The notes under the pieces were generated by a model. It was not told the origin of the DNA. It made no database searches and was given only the letters and a program-made list of their open reading frames with translations. The translations under genes and the position numbers were made by a program. Shown here piece after piece: positions 54,717 to 63,664 of a stretch of 64,000 bases of DNA. Source of the DNA: Nitrososphaerota archaeon (GTDB lineage Archaea > Thermoproteota > Nitrososphaeria > PSMU01); assembly GCA_040290255.1 (NCBI GenBank), contig PSMU01000002.1:192001-256000 (forward strand), read 5' to 3'. Every line of letters begins with the position of its first letter. Position 1 is the first letter of the stretch.

Positions 54717-55877
54717 CTAGAAGGAGGTCCGCGCCTCGAGGCGCCAGGTCGCCGTTTGGCCTATTAGCGAGCTCGCCAGCTCCGAGCGCAGGTTCGGCGG
54801 CAGGCGGGCGATGAAGGCAAGGAGGTGCTTGCAGAGCCTCGGCCTCCCCGCCTCCGCCGCCTTCTGCCAGTCGGGGCATTCGTGCTTGATCACCCTCCCG
54901 TTCAGGCTAATATACGTGTAGTAGCCCCCCACCCACCCCCTGGCCACGTGCCCCTCCGCCTCCAGCCTGATATCCCCCTGTGGTATCTGCTGCGCCCGAG
55001 CCCACCTCTCCTCCGTCGTGAGAAGGCGAAGCTGCTCGGGAATGGCGGAGGGCACGGGGGAAGCCTGCTCGCGCTGCGGTTCCGGGGACAGGAGCGCCAG
55101 GAGCCTTTGCAGCTCCGCCTCCTGCGCCTCCTGAAGGGGACCCCGCAGCTGAAGCAGCTGCAGGGCGTTGGCCACCGCATAGGCCCTATGGTGGTTGTTG
55201 AAGTACACAAATACGACCTCCGCATCGCCTGAGAGCCGCGCCAGGCTCTGGGACCAGACCCTCAGCTCCTCTTCGCTATACAGGTAATTGTACCACGTGC
55301 TCTTGCCCCTCCCGTGGAGCCTCAGGTACGCAAAGCCGCCCGTCACCTTGGCCTGCGGGGGCAGTCCTGGCGCATCCACGGCGGCGCAGGCCACGCCATA
55401 CCTTTCGAGCAGGGGCCATATGCCCTCCGTCCACCAGCTCGGATGCCTGAACTCGACCGCCCACCGCGGCCCGCTGGGCAGCAGGGCCAAGAAGGCCTCC
55501 AACCTCTTCAGGTCCCTGGGGCTCCTGAAGGAGGGCGGGAGCTGCACCAGAAGCGCGCCCAGCTTTCCCGCCTCCCTGAGGGGCCTCATCAGCTCCAGGA
55601 AGGCCATGAGGTCCTGCTCCACCCCTCTTTCAGGCCCTAGCCTCTTCTCATGCGTTATGAGCTTGGGCACCTTGGCGCTGAACAGGAAGCCGGGGGGCGT
55701 CTGGGCTGCCCAGCCGAGAACGGCCCTCCTATCGGGCATCCCGTAGAATGTTGAATCCACCTCCACCGTGCTGAAGAATTTTGAGTAGTATCGTAGCTTG
55801 GCCTTCTGCCCCAACGGGTAGAAGAGGTCTTCCCAAGAGCTGTAGGCCCAGCCTGAGCAGCCAATGAAGGAGGCCAA
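54717..55877 (-). CDS. DUF72 (YecE-like) protein fused to a C-terminal SWIM zinc finger
   Basis: IGCSGW, VEVDSTFY, QLPPSF, EFRH, YLRLHG, YFNN, then HECPDW..LCKH. Confidence 0.9.
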   Translation of the reverse strand: MASFIGCSGWAYSSWEDLFYPLGQKAKLRYYSKFFSTVEVDSTFYGMPDRRAVLGWAAQTPPGFLFSAKVPKLITHEKRLGPERGVEQDLMAFLELMRPLREAGKLGALLVQLPPSFRSPRDLKRLEAFLALLPSGPRWAVEFRHPSWWTEGIWPLLERYGVACAAVDAPGLPPQAKVTGGFAYLRLHGRGKSTWYNYLYSEEELRVWSQSLARLSGDAEVVFVYFNNHHRAYAVANALQLLQLRGPLQEAQEAELQRLLALLSPEPQREQASPVPSAIPEQLRLLTTEERWARAQQIPQGDIRLEAEGHVARGWVGGYYTYISLNGRVIKHECPDWQKAAEAGRPRLCKHLLAFIARLPPNLRSELASSLIGQTATWRLEARTSF

Positions 55878-55952
55878 CCCCTCTCCTAGGACAGGGCGCC
55901 GGGGCTTATTATTTTTGGGCCGGTGAACCCGCTTTAGGCCGGGCGGCGGGGC

Positions 55953-56528
55953 TTATTCCACGGCCACCTTCTTCCACTCGGCCGCCGAGGGGGGCCGCTT
56001 CTTCTTCAGCGTTACCTCGAGGATACCGTTCTTATACGTGGCCTTCGCGCTGTCGGGGTCGACCGGCTCGGGAAGCTCGACCGTCCTGTGATACTTCCTA
56101 TCGGCCGTATCGACCCTGATCGTAAGCTTGCTTTCGGTGACCTTAAGGTCTATATCTTCCTTTTCCACCCCGGGAATCTCCAGGATGACCCTGATCAGAT
56201 CCGCCTGCTCTATGATGTCCACCAAGGGCTCCCTTTCGCGAATGATCCCGCCGCCCTTTTCGGGCTTGAAGTTCCCGAACTCCCTGATGATGGGCTTGCC
56301 GTCCGGCCCTATCGTAATCGAGTAGCCCCATACGATGGGGCCCAGCTGCCTCCTGACCCCCTGAGGCGTCTCCACCTCCCTCACGAGCTCCCTGGGCATG
56401 AGCCTCTCTATCTCCCGCATCTCCTGCTCAAACCACCTCTGCATCTCCCTCATCATCCTGTCGAACTCATCGAAGATACTGGGCAGGCGCCTCCTTCTCA
56501 TCCACCTGTCCTCGGGTCCCTCGCTCAT
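55953..56528 (-). CDS. hsp20: Archaeal small heat shock protein Hsp20
   Basis: GPIVWGYSITIGPDGKP.IREFGN, EPLVD, ATYKNGILEV. Confidence 0.95.
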   Translation of the reverse strand: MSEGPEDRWMRRRRLPSIFDEFDRMMREMQRWFEQEMREIERLMPRELVREVETPQGVRRQLGPIVWGYSITIGPDGKPIIREFGNFKPEKGGGIIREREPLVDIIEQADLIRVILEIPGVEKEDIDLKVTESKLTIRVDTADRKYHRTVELPEPVDPDSAKATYKNGILEVTLKKKRPPSAAEWKKVAVE

Positions 56529-56578
56529 GGACGGCCAAAATGCGAAGGGGCGCCGGTTATAAGCTTTGCAGGAGCGCG

Positions 56579-57049
56579 TTATTTCCCGGGCCTGGTGGCA
56601 TAGAGAAGGGCCGCCAGCGCGACGAGCACTGCGCCCACCAGGAGCAGGCCGCTCACGCCCGCCACGAAGAGCCATCTGGGCAGGGAGATGCAGGTACCTC
56701 CTGGACAGATAAGGATGCCGGATATGAAGAACCAGCCCGAAAAGAAGGAGAGGAAGCCGAGCAGCGCGCTGAGCGCGATCAGGAGAGCCACGATCACCAG
56801 GCCCAGCGGTCTCACGGCAGGTGCCCTCTGCGCCTCTCCCTCCCCGGGTCGCTTCGGCACTATGAACGCGGCCACCAGATACAGCAGGCCCACCACGACG
56901 GGCGCCAGCAGGAAGAGGCCCACCGTCGCCAGCCTTATGACCACGGGGTCCACGTTCAGGTACTCGCCCAGCCCGCCGCAAACGCCCGCCAAGATCCTGT
57001 CCCTTGAAGACCTGTACAACTTCCTATAGGCCGGGGCTTCGGCGCTCAA
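56579..57049 (-). CDS. PspC domain membrane protein
   Basis: KLYRS..DRILAGVCGGLGEY..VDPVVIRL..YLVAAFIVP. Confidence 0.92.
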   Translation of the reverse strand: MSAEAPAYRKLYRSSRDRILAGVCGGLGEYLNVDPVVIRLATVGLFLLAPVVVGLLYLVAAFIVPKRPGEGEAQRAPAVRPLGLVIVALLIALSALLGFLSFFSGWFFISGILICPGGTCISLPRWLFVAGVSGLLLVGAVLVALAALLYATRPGK

Positions 57050-57102
57050 CCCATGCTGAAGGAGGTAGGACGATTTATAACTTTGGCCGCCCGCTTCAGC
57101 CC

Positions 57103-57915
57103 ATGCCCCCGCGGCCAAGGCTCATACTTATAGGGACCTCCGGCTACTCTTACCCGTGGAACGAAGGGGGCAGTGAGCCCCTGCAGTGGTATGTGCGGCA
57201 GGGGTTTAACAGCGTAGAGATAAACGGAACCTTCTACAGATTCCCACGCAGAATGCAGGCCAAGGCCTGGGCTCGCGTCCCGCAGGCCTTCAAGTTCTCG
57301 GTTAAGGTCCACCGGTCCATAACACATCTGTACAAGCTCGGCCCCAACGCGCTGGCGGCCACGGACCGTTTCCTGGAGGCCCTGCAGCCCCTGCTCTTCA
57401 AGCTGGAGTTCCTACTCTTCCAGCTTCCCCCCTCGATCAGATATGAAGCGCGCATGCTGCACCGCTTAGGCGAGCTCGTGGCCCTGCATCGCCTCGCGGG
57501 CAGGGCCGTCGTGGAGTTCAGGCACCCCAGCTGGTGGGAGCATGCGCGCGAAGTGCAGGAAGCGGGGGCCATCTTCTGCTCCGTGGATGCGCCCGCCCTC
57601 CCCAGGGACATCATAAACTCAAACGGGACGGTCTACTTACGCCTGCATGGCCGTGAAGCGTGGTATGCCTATGAATACTCGGAGGCCGAGCTGCGCGAGA
57701 TCTGGGCGAGGGCCCTCGCCGCCTCACCAGAGAGGCTGGCCATATATCTGAACAACGACCACGGCATGCTGCCCAACGCTAAGAGGCTCCTCGAATTTAT
57801 GAGGCGGCTCGCGTCAACCTCCAGCCAGGATGACCCCCTGCCTAAAGGCGATGGCGGCGGCCGCCCTCGCGTCCCTGCGCAGTTCGGAGGCCAGGGCAGG
57901 ATGCGTGTAATTTGA
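57103..57915 (+). CDS. DUF72 (YecE-like) protein, second paralog
   Basis: IGTSGY, VEINGTFY, QLPPS, EFRH, YLRLHG, YLNND. Confidence 0.92.
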   Translation: MPPRPRLILIGTSGYSYPWNEGGSEPLQWYVRQGFNSVEINGTFYRFPRRMQAKAWARVPQAFKFSVKVHRSITHLYKLGPNALAATDRFLEALQPLLFKLEFLLFQLPPSIRYEARMLHRLGELVALHRLAGRAVVEFRHPSWWEHAREVQEAGAIFCSVDAPALPRDIINSNGTVYLRLHGREAWYAYEYSEAELREIWARALAASPERLAIYLNNDHGMLPNAKRLLEFMRRLASTSSQDDPLPKGDGGGRPRVPAQFGGQGRMRVI

Positions 57916-58458
57916 GCCGCGCTCGTCCACCAGCTCTATGATCGCGGTGCCCTTTAGGCGGGGTAGGAGGGCGGCCAGCAGGCGCCGCGCCCTCTCCTGA
58001 TCGCCATTACCGACGCGGACGCGCCGTACGCGGGCCGGACTGGCCCTGACCAGGCTCAGCACCGTCCTGACGATCTCGCTGGGCCTCTCATGCACGCGAA
58101 CCTCCACGGGGAAGGGGCCGTAGAAGGCGACGAGCCCTATCCTCTTGCCTGGGTCGAGGCCTATTATGAGTTCATGCTCGCCCTCCCCGATGAGGCTATC
58201 GACGAGCAGCTGCCTCGCCCTATGCCTATCCTTTAGCAGCTCCTCCAGCACGAGGACCCTGCCCTTCCTTATGGCCCTCCTCTCCCTCGAAGTCGTCAGC
58301 ACCACATACCCCTCAGGCTCCAGCGAACTTGGCGTGAGGCTTTGATAGCGCAGGCCGAGCTCGCGAAGCAGCTGGGCGGCAAGGTAGTAGGCCCTGCCAT
58401 CTCTCGTGACGATGGCGATGCGCGCAAGGGAGCGCCCATCACTGGGGTTCAGCGGCAT
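57814..58458 (-). CDS. Hypothetical protein with RNase H-like (YqgF/Tex-type) domain
   Basis: IIGLDPGKRIG, VGNG, LVDERGS, DARAAAAIA. Confidence 0.7.
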   Translation of the reverse strand: MPLNPSDGRSLARIAIVTRDGRAYYLAAQLLRELGLRYQSLTPSSLEPEGYVVLTTSRERRAIRKGRVLVLEELLKDRHRARQLLVDSLIGEGEHELIIGLDPGKRIGLVAFYGPFPVEVRVHERPSEIVRTVLSLVRASPARVRRVRVGNGDQERARRLLAALLPRLKGTAIIELVDERGSNYTHPALASELRRDARAAAAIAFRQGVILAGG

Positions 58459-58492
58459 GCACCCTTATGGGCCCGCAGGGGCCGCTGGGCTC

Positions 58493-58993
58493 TTAAGGTT
58501 TTTCATGCTCCGCCCATGCCTCCAGGGGGGCGGCGTATACGTTGACGAGAGCCCTAAAGCCGTGCTTCCTGTAGAAGTTCACCGCTATGATGTTCTGGCT
58601 CGGAAACTCGGCCGTCAGCAGCTCGGCCCCCAAGGCCCTGAACCGCTTCGCGGCCTCGGCCAGCAGCCTGGCGCCCACGCCCGTCCTTCTGAACTCGGGA
58701 AGCACGTAAAAGTCCGATATGACGCCCTCCGTGCGCGGCTTATAAAAGGCGCGGCGCCTTACCTCGCCAATCAGCACGCCCACGGGCCTGCCCTCCTTCT
58801 CCGCCACCAGCACAAGCCTGCTCTTATCGGAGAGCGCCTCCTTCACATAGCGCTGGGCCTGTTCCTCTAGGTCATCGGCCGGGCTCAGGAGGGCATCGAA
58901 CTCGCCGTTCAGCCGCTTTAGCCTCGCTATGAGCTCCGCCGCCGCCTGGGCCCTGCCGCTGTCCGCCTCCCTGATCGCTATTTCGCGCTGCAC
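58493..58993 (-). CDS. GNAT family N-acetyltransferase
   Basis: YVLPEFRRTGVG, N..AVNFYRKHGF. Confidence 0.92.
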   Translation of the reverse strand: MQREIAIREADSGRAQAAAELIARLKRLNGEFDALLSPADDLEEQAQRYVKEALSDKSRLVLVAEKEGRPVGVLIGEVRRRAFYKPRTEGVISDFYVLPEFRRTGVGARLLAEAAKRFRALGAELLTAEFPSQNIIAVNFYRKHGFRALVNVYAAPLEAWAEHEKP

Positions 58994-59023
58994 TCTACCG
59001 CCCTCCTCGCCCTGGTTTTAGGC

Positions 59024-60343
59024 TTAACCCACACCAGCCTCCAGCAGGCCAGCATTCATCAGCGCCTCCATCATGCGCCTGACCTTGACGATCTGCTCCT
59101 GCGCCGATGAAAAGAGCTCCTCCCTAGAGAGCGGCCTGCGGGCCAGGCCGTGCTCGGACGCAAAGGCCCCCACGGCCGCTGCGACCCTTGGGTACACCTC
59201 CCAGTCCATCATGGAGGGCACGATCCTGTCGCTCCTGAGGCCCGTCTGCTTTGTATACGCGTAGATCTCCTTGGCGGCCACCACCACCATCTCCTCGGTT
59301 ATCGCCCGGGCCCTCACGTCCAGCGCCCCCCTGAAGATGGAGGGGAAGAGCAGGCTGTTGTTCACTTGATTTGGATAATCCGACCGAGCCGTGGCCACGG
59401 CCACCGCGCCCGCCCCGAGCGCCTCCTGCGGATCTATCTCGGGCACGGGATTTGCCAGGGCGAAGATGATGAAGGGGCGGGCCATCTCCGCGAGCCAGGT
59501 GGGATGTATGATGCCGGGGCCCGGGCGCGAGGCCGCTATGAGCACGTGACATCCTCTAAGCGCCTCTCTGATGCCCCCCTTCCTCCTCTCGCCGTTGGTC
59601 TTGAGCGCGAGCTCGTATTTCCAGGGGTTCCTCAGCAGAAGGCCGTCCATATCCTCCCTTTCGGGATGAAGGATCCCCCTCGAGTCGACCAAGATAAGAT
59701 TGGACGGGGGGGCGCCGGCCTCCTCCAGCAGGCGCGCCGTGGCGATGTTCGCGGCCCCAGCTCCCACTAGGGCGATCTTGCATTCGCTCAAGGAAAGCCC
59801 GGCTAGGTCCAGGGCGCCGTAAAGGGCGGCCAGCACCACGCCCGCCGTGCCCAACTGATCGTCATGCCAGACCGGGATGGACAAGCTCTTCCTCAGCTGC
59901 TCGAGCACGTAGAAGCACTTGGGCGATTCTATATCCTCGAGGTTTACGCCTCCGAGGGCGGGCTCCAGGGCCCTGACCGCCTCCACGAGCTTCTCAGGCT
60001 CGTGGACCGCCAGCGGTAACGGAATAGCATCCACGCCCCCCAAGTACCTGAAGAGGAGCGCCTTCCCCTCTAGGACGGGCAGGGAGGCCTCGGGCGCCAG
60101 CTTGCCCAGCCCTAGCACGCGGCTGGCGTCGGAGATCACGCCAACGGTGTTCCAGCGGTAGGTCAGCTCGAAGGCGTCGTCGGGGCGCTCGTTGATCCTT
60201 CGGCTCAGCTCGGCCACGCCGGGCGTATAAAGCAGGGAGAAGTCCTCCATTCCCCTGATGGGCACCTTCGGCAGCGTCATCAGCTTGCCGCCATAGGCCC
60301 TCGCCAGCTTCAGGGCCCTTTCATAATAGCCCTCCGCCTTCAT
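59024..60343 (-). CDS. NAD(P)-dependent malic enzyme
   Basis: YTPGV, LEGKA, NLEDI, HDDQLGT, GAGAA, ANPVPE, NQVNN. Confidence 0.95.
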   Translation of the reverse strand: MKAEGYYERALKLARAYGGKLMTLPKVPIRGMEDFSLLYTPGVAELSRRINERPDDAFELTYRWNTVGVISDASRVLGLGKLAPEASLPVLEGKALLFRYLGGVDAIPLPLAVHEPEKLVEAVRALEPALGGVNLEDIESPKCFYVLEQLRKSLSIPVWHDDQLGTAGVVLAALYGALDLAGLSLSECKIALVGAGAANIATARLLEEAGAPPSNLILVDSRGILHPEREDMDGLLLRNPWKYELALKTNGERRKGGIREALRGCHVLIAASRPGPGIIHPTWLAEMARPFIIFALANPVPEIDPQEALGAGAVAVATARSDYPNQVNNSLLFPSIFRGALDVRARAITEEMVVVAAKEIYAYTKQTGLRSDRIVPSMMDWEVYPRVAAAVGAFASEHGLARRPLSREELFSSAQEQIVKVRRMMEALMNAGLLEAGVG

Positions 60344-60428
60344 TAACCGCCGGACGCAACGCTGATATAAAAAGGCGCTTACGTTCGGCGGGAACACGCT
60401 TAATACTTCACGGATTGTCGTAGCCCAT

Positions 60429-61058
60429 GTGAGGCGCTACCACGGCATGAAGGCCGCGCTCCTCAGCCTTGCTTCGCTCGAACCTGGGCGCTATGCCTGG
60501 GCAAGGCTCTCAGCCCTGCTTCCGCCGGCGGCGCTTCGGCTCATCGCCCATAAGCAAACCGGCGGCGAGCTGAGCTGGACCCAGCGGGAGAGGCTTAGGG
60601 CGGCCCTAACGGCGATAGAGATGGGCGTCGAAGTGACCGACGCGGCCAGAGCTCTAGGATGGAGTGAATTCGAGGAGCTGGTGCAGGCGATACTGGAGGC
60701 CTGGGGATTTCGCACGGAGAGACATGTAAGGCTTGGAAGGGAGGAGCTGGACATCGTGGCCTTCAGGCATGGCATCTGCCTGGTTTTAGAGTGCAAGAGG
60801 TGGCGCCGGGGGCTTGCGGGCCTCCGGCTCAGCTCAACGCTTCAACGGCTGGCCCAGAAGGCTAGAAGGCTGGCAGGACGGCTGCCGAGGGGGGTCTTGG
60901 TCTACCCCGCGATGGTGAGCCTATCAGCTCCTCCGCGCCCCTTTGTGAGGAGGATACCACTGGTGCCCGTCTCTAGGCTGGACGACTTCTTGGGTGGGCT
61001 GGAGGCCTATCTGTCCGGGGCTAAGTTCTATAGGGGCCTCGCGGGGACGCTAGCGTAG
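60429..61058 (+). CDS. PD-(D/E)XK nuclease domain protein (Mrr_cat/NERD-like)
   Basis: WSEFEE..ELDIVA..LECKRW. Confidence 0.8.
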   Translation: MRRYHGMKAALLSLASLEPGRYAWARLSALLPPAALRLIAHKQTGGELSWTQRERLRAALTAIEMGVEVTDAARALGWSEFEELVQAILEAWGFRTERHVRLGREELDIVAFRHGICLVLECKRWRRGLAGLRLSSTLQRLAQKARRLAGRLPRGVLVYPAMVSLSAPPRPFVRRIPLVPVSRLDDFLGGLEAYLSGAKFYRGLAGTLA

Positions 61059-61844
61059 CCTCCAGGCGGCCATCCTTTTGGCCAAGAGATAGGCGGCGAG
61101 CGCTTCGAGGCCCAGCACCGCCAGCGGCGGGAAGATCTCCAGTGGAGCGAGCGCGATGAGGCCCAGCGAGGACTGCACCAGCCTGGAGGCGGCCGCCGTG
61201 GGTATTAGCAGCGCCAAGGGCCTGGCGAAGGGGGGCAGCAGCTCGAGCGGATAAAAGACGGGGGGCAGCACGGAGACCAGTACGCTGATTATGGGCGACC
61301 AGGTCCACAGGTCCTTCATATCCCTGGCCCTGGTGGAGATGATGTAGCCCAGGAATGAAAAGACCGCCCAGGCCAGCAGAAGGGCCGCCAGCAGCAGCGG
61401 CAAGGGCGCGGCCCTGAAGGCCATAAAGTACGAGCCCAGGGCCATCACGAGGGCGAGGGCGGGCAGGGCCGTTATGAGGTTCGCCAATGAGATGCCCAGG
61501 ATGTAGGCGATGGGGCTGATGGGCGCTGCCACATACATGTCCTGGAGCTTGAGCACGAGCCTGTTGAAGGCCGCATCGGTCTCCAGCGCGATGCTGCTGC
61601 TCACGACCACCATGACGAGCGCGCCCGAGAGCGCATAGCCCATTCCGCGCTGTCCGCCGAAGAGGGAGATGAAGAAGAGGAAGGAGAGCGGGGCTAACGC
61701 ATCGTGAAAGCTCCACCAGATGTTTCTCTTGAGCGGACAAAGGCCGTAGAACCAGGCGAAGGCGAGGGCTGACGCCAAGCTAGGGGCGGTCCTTCTCTTG
61801 ACCACGGGCTCCTGGCCGGGTCGCTCACCCTTCAAGCCCCTCAC
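61050..61844 (-). CDS. ABC-2 type transporter permease
   Basis: About 6 TM, PPVFYPLELLP..LIPT; adjacent to an ABC ATPase. Confidence 0.88.
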   Translation of the reverse strand: MRGLKGERPGQEPVVKRRTAPSLASALAFAWFYGLCPLKRNIWWSFHDALAPLSFLFFISLFGGQRGMGYALSGALVMVVVSSSIALETDAAFNRLVLKLQDMYVAAPISPIAYILGISLANLITALPALALVMALGSYFMAFRAAPLPLLLAALLLAWAVFSFLGYIISTRARDMKDLWTWSPIISVLVSVLPPVFYPLELLPPFARPLALLIPTAAASRLVQSSLGLIALAPLEIFPPLAVLGLEALAAYLLAKRMAAWRLR

Positions 61845-62739
61845 CCGCCAACAGCAGGAAGAGGTCCTCGAGCCCCACGGCCCTGACGTTCAGGTCGAGC
61901 CCCCTGCGCAGGGCCTCCTCGGCCAGCTCTTGGCCCACTTTGCGGGGCATGATGGCCCTGGCCCTATCCCCCAGCCTTATCGCCTGCCCTCCCTCATAGA
62001 CCTCCACGCTCTGCAGGAAGGAGGCGGGGACATCGATCCTCACATAATCCCTATACGGGGCCAGCAGCTGCGCGAGCGTGCCCTGGGCCACCACGCGCCC
62101 GCCATGCATTATGGCGATGGCATCGCTCAGCGCCTCGGCCTCATCCATGTAGTGCGTCGTCAGCAGGACGGTGCGGCCTTCACGCCTCACCATATGTCTT
62201 ATCGCATCCCACACCCTTAACCGGGTAACGGGGTCCAGCCCAAGCGTCGGCTCATCGAGGAAGAGCAGCTGGGCATCCGAGGCGAAGGCCATGGCTACCA
62301 GCGTCCTTTGCCGGAGCCCGCCCGAGAGGTTTGAGCAGATCTGGTCCGCCCAATCCAGGAGCTCGAGCTGCTCAAGGGCCCGGCGGGCCCTGTGCTTAGC
62401 CTGCTGCCACGAGAAGCCCCTGGCGACCAAATAGTGGACTATGTGTTCCCTGGGCGTCATGAGGGAGGCCGGCCTGCCCTCCTGAGGAACGACGGCGATA
62501 TACGGCCTTATCCTCTCCGCCTCGGACAGAACGTCATGGCCGAGGACGAGCACGCTGCCGGACGTGGGCAGGAGCTGCGTTGAGGCGATCCTCACGAAGG
62601 TGGTCTTGCCGGCCCCGTTTCGGCCGAGCAGGCAGAAGATGCTCCCCCCGGGTATCACGAGGGAAACGGAGTCCAGGGCGACCGTGCCGTCGGAATAAAC
62701 CTTTCTCAGCCCACGGGCCTCGATCGCTATCTCTCCCAA
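61825..62739 (-). CDS. ABC transporter ATP-binding protein (export type)
   Basis: GRNGAGKT, LSGG, LDEPTLGLDP, TTHYMDEAE. Confidence 0.95.
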   Translation of the reverse strand: MGEIAIEARGLRKVYSDGTVALDSVSLVIPGGSIFCLLGRNGAGKTTFVRIASTQLLPTSGSVLVLGHDVLSEAERIRPYIAVVPQEGRPASLMTPREHIVHYLVARGFSWQQAKHRARRALEQLELLDWADQICSNLSGGLRQRTLVAMAFASDAQLLFLDEPTLGLDPVTRLRVWDAIRHMVRREGRTVLLTTHYMDEAEALSDAIAIMHGGRVVAQGTLAQLLAPYRDYVRIDVPASFLQSVEVYEGGQAIRLGDRARAIMPRKVGQELAEEALRRGLDLNVRAVGLEDLFLLLAGEGLEG

Positions 62740-62917
62740 CCGGGCCCTCCGCGCTACCCTCGCTCCTTTTAACTTATGCCCCGTGAGGGGCGCTTTATGG
62801 GGCTTGCCCCAAGGGCATGTGGCCTCGCCGTGGGTGCAAAGCCTCGGAGCGTGCAGCCCCTGCACAAGCAGCTAAGGAAAAGTTGGTAAATCTAGCCTTA
62901 AATAAAAACAGGGCCAA

Positions 62918-63622
62918 GTGGCCACAGTGCTTGTAGGAGACGCCAGGACCATTGCAAGGGAAATCGAGATGGTCGCCTCTCCATTAAGGGCGCTCGTCCT
63001 AGGCCATAGGCTGGTCCGCGAGGTTTCAGCGGGCAGGTTGCCGTGGCCTAAGCTGAAGAACTTGCTCGCGCAGATGTTTTACAGGGTCAGGCATCTGGGC
63101 GACCTCAGGATCTCCTTGGCGCTGCGAATAGATGAGGACATCAAGGACCATGTTGAGGCCAAGAGGCTCTGCCTCCAGATGGCCTTCGGGGACCTGAACC
63201 AGCATCAGCTCTATCTCAAGGCCTGCAGGGCCGTGGCCCTGGACATAAACAGCCTGCTGCAGGGCTCCCTGCTTCAGCACGAAACGGAACGCGAGCTGGC
63301 CTGGGAGCGCTGGCTCCTGGCCTTCGCGAGCGCTCCCGAGGCCTGTGCGGCCATTCTCTTCGTCCCCCTGACCGTTCAGATAAGGCTCTATCCCAAGCTG
63401 CTCGAGGCCCTGACCAGCCACTATGGCCTTTCACAGAGCGACGCGGAATACTTTCACATGAACGGGGCCGTGGCAGCTCCTCGAGAGGAGGCGGCAAAGA
63501 GGCTGCTGGCCCTTCTCATCAGGGATGAGCACGCCAAGGCCCGCGTGGCGGTCAGGGTCAGGCAGGCGCTCGAGGGAATGGCATGGTGGCTTACCGCCAT
63601 CGAGAAGGCCCCAGGCCTATAG
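62918..63622 (+). CDS. TenA/PqqC (heme-oxygenase-like fold) protein, degenerate
   Basis: HRLVREVSAGRLP, H..LY..C..V, HYGL..EYF match the fold, but canonical ligands are missing; start may be GTG 62927. Confidence 0.6.
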   Translation: MATVLVGDARTIAREIEMVASPLRALVLGHRLVREVSAGRLPWPKLKNLLAQMFYRVRHLGDLRISLALRIDEDIKDHVEAKRLCLQMAFGDLNQHQLYLKACRAVALDINSLLQGSLLQHETERELAWERWLLAFASAPEACAAILFVPLTVQIRLYPKLLEALTSHYGLSQSDAEYFHMNGAVAAPREEAAKRLLALLIRDEHAKARVAVRVRQALEGMAWWLTAIEKAPGL

Positions 63623-63664
63623 CGGCGCAATAACGCAGATATTGGGCTCTGGCCGCCTAACGGC

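Noticed and set aside
56529-56981. Apparent long N-terminal extension of Hsp20
   Set aside because: Off-frame overlap with pspC; Hsp20 has its own ATG at 56528 and an upstream TATA.
57814-58458. RuvC-like motif as TnpB/Cas12 or transposase
   Set aside because: Only 214 aa, no zinc finger or IS ends; the GNG and VDE motifs fit YqgF/Tex.
62760-62917. TPP riboswitch upstream of the TenA-like gene (also sought near thiW)
   Set aside because: The CUGAGA and ACCUGA core motifs were not found; only short GC hairpins.
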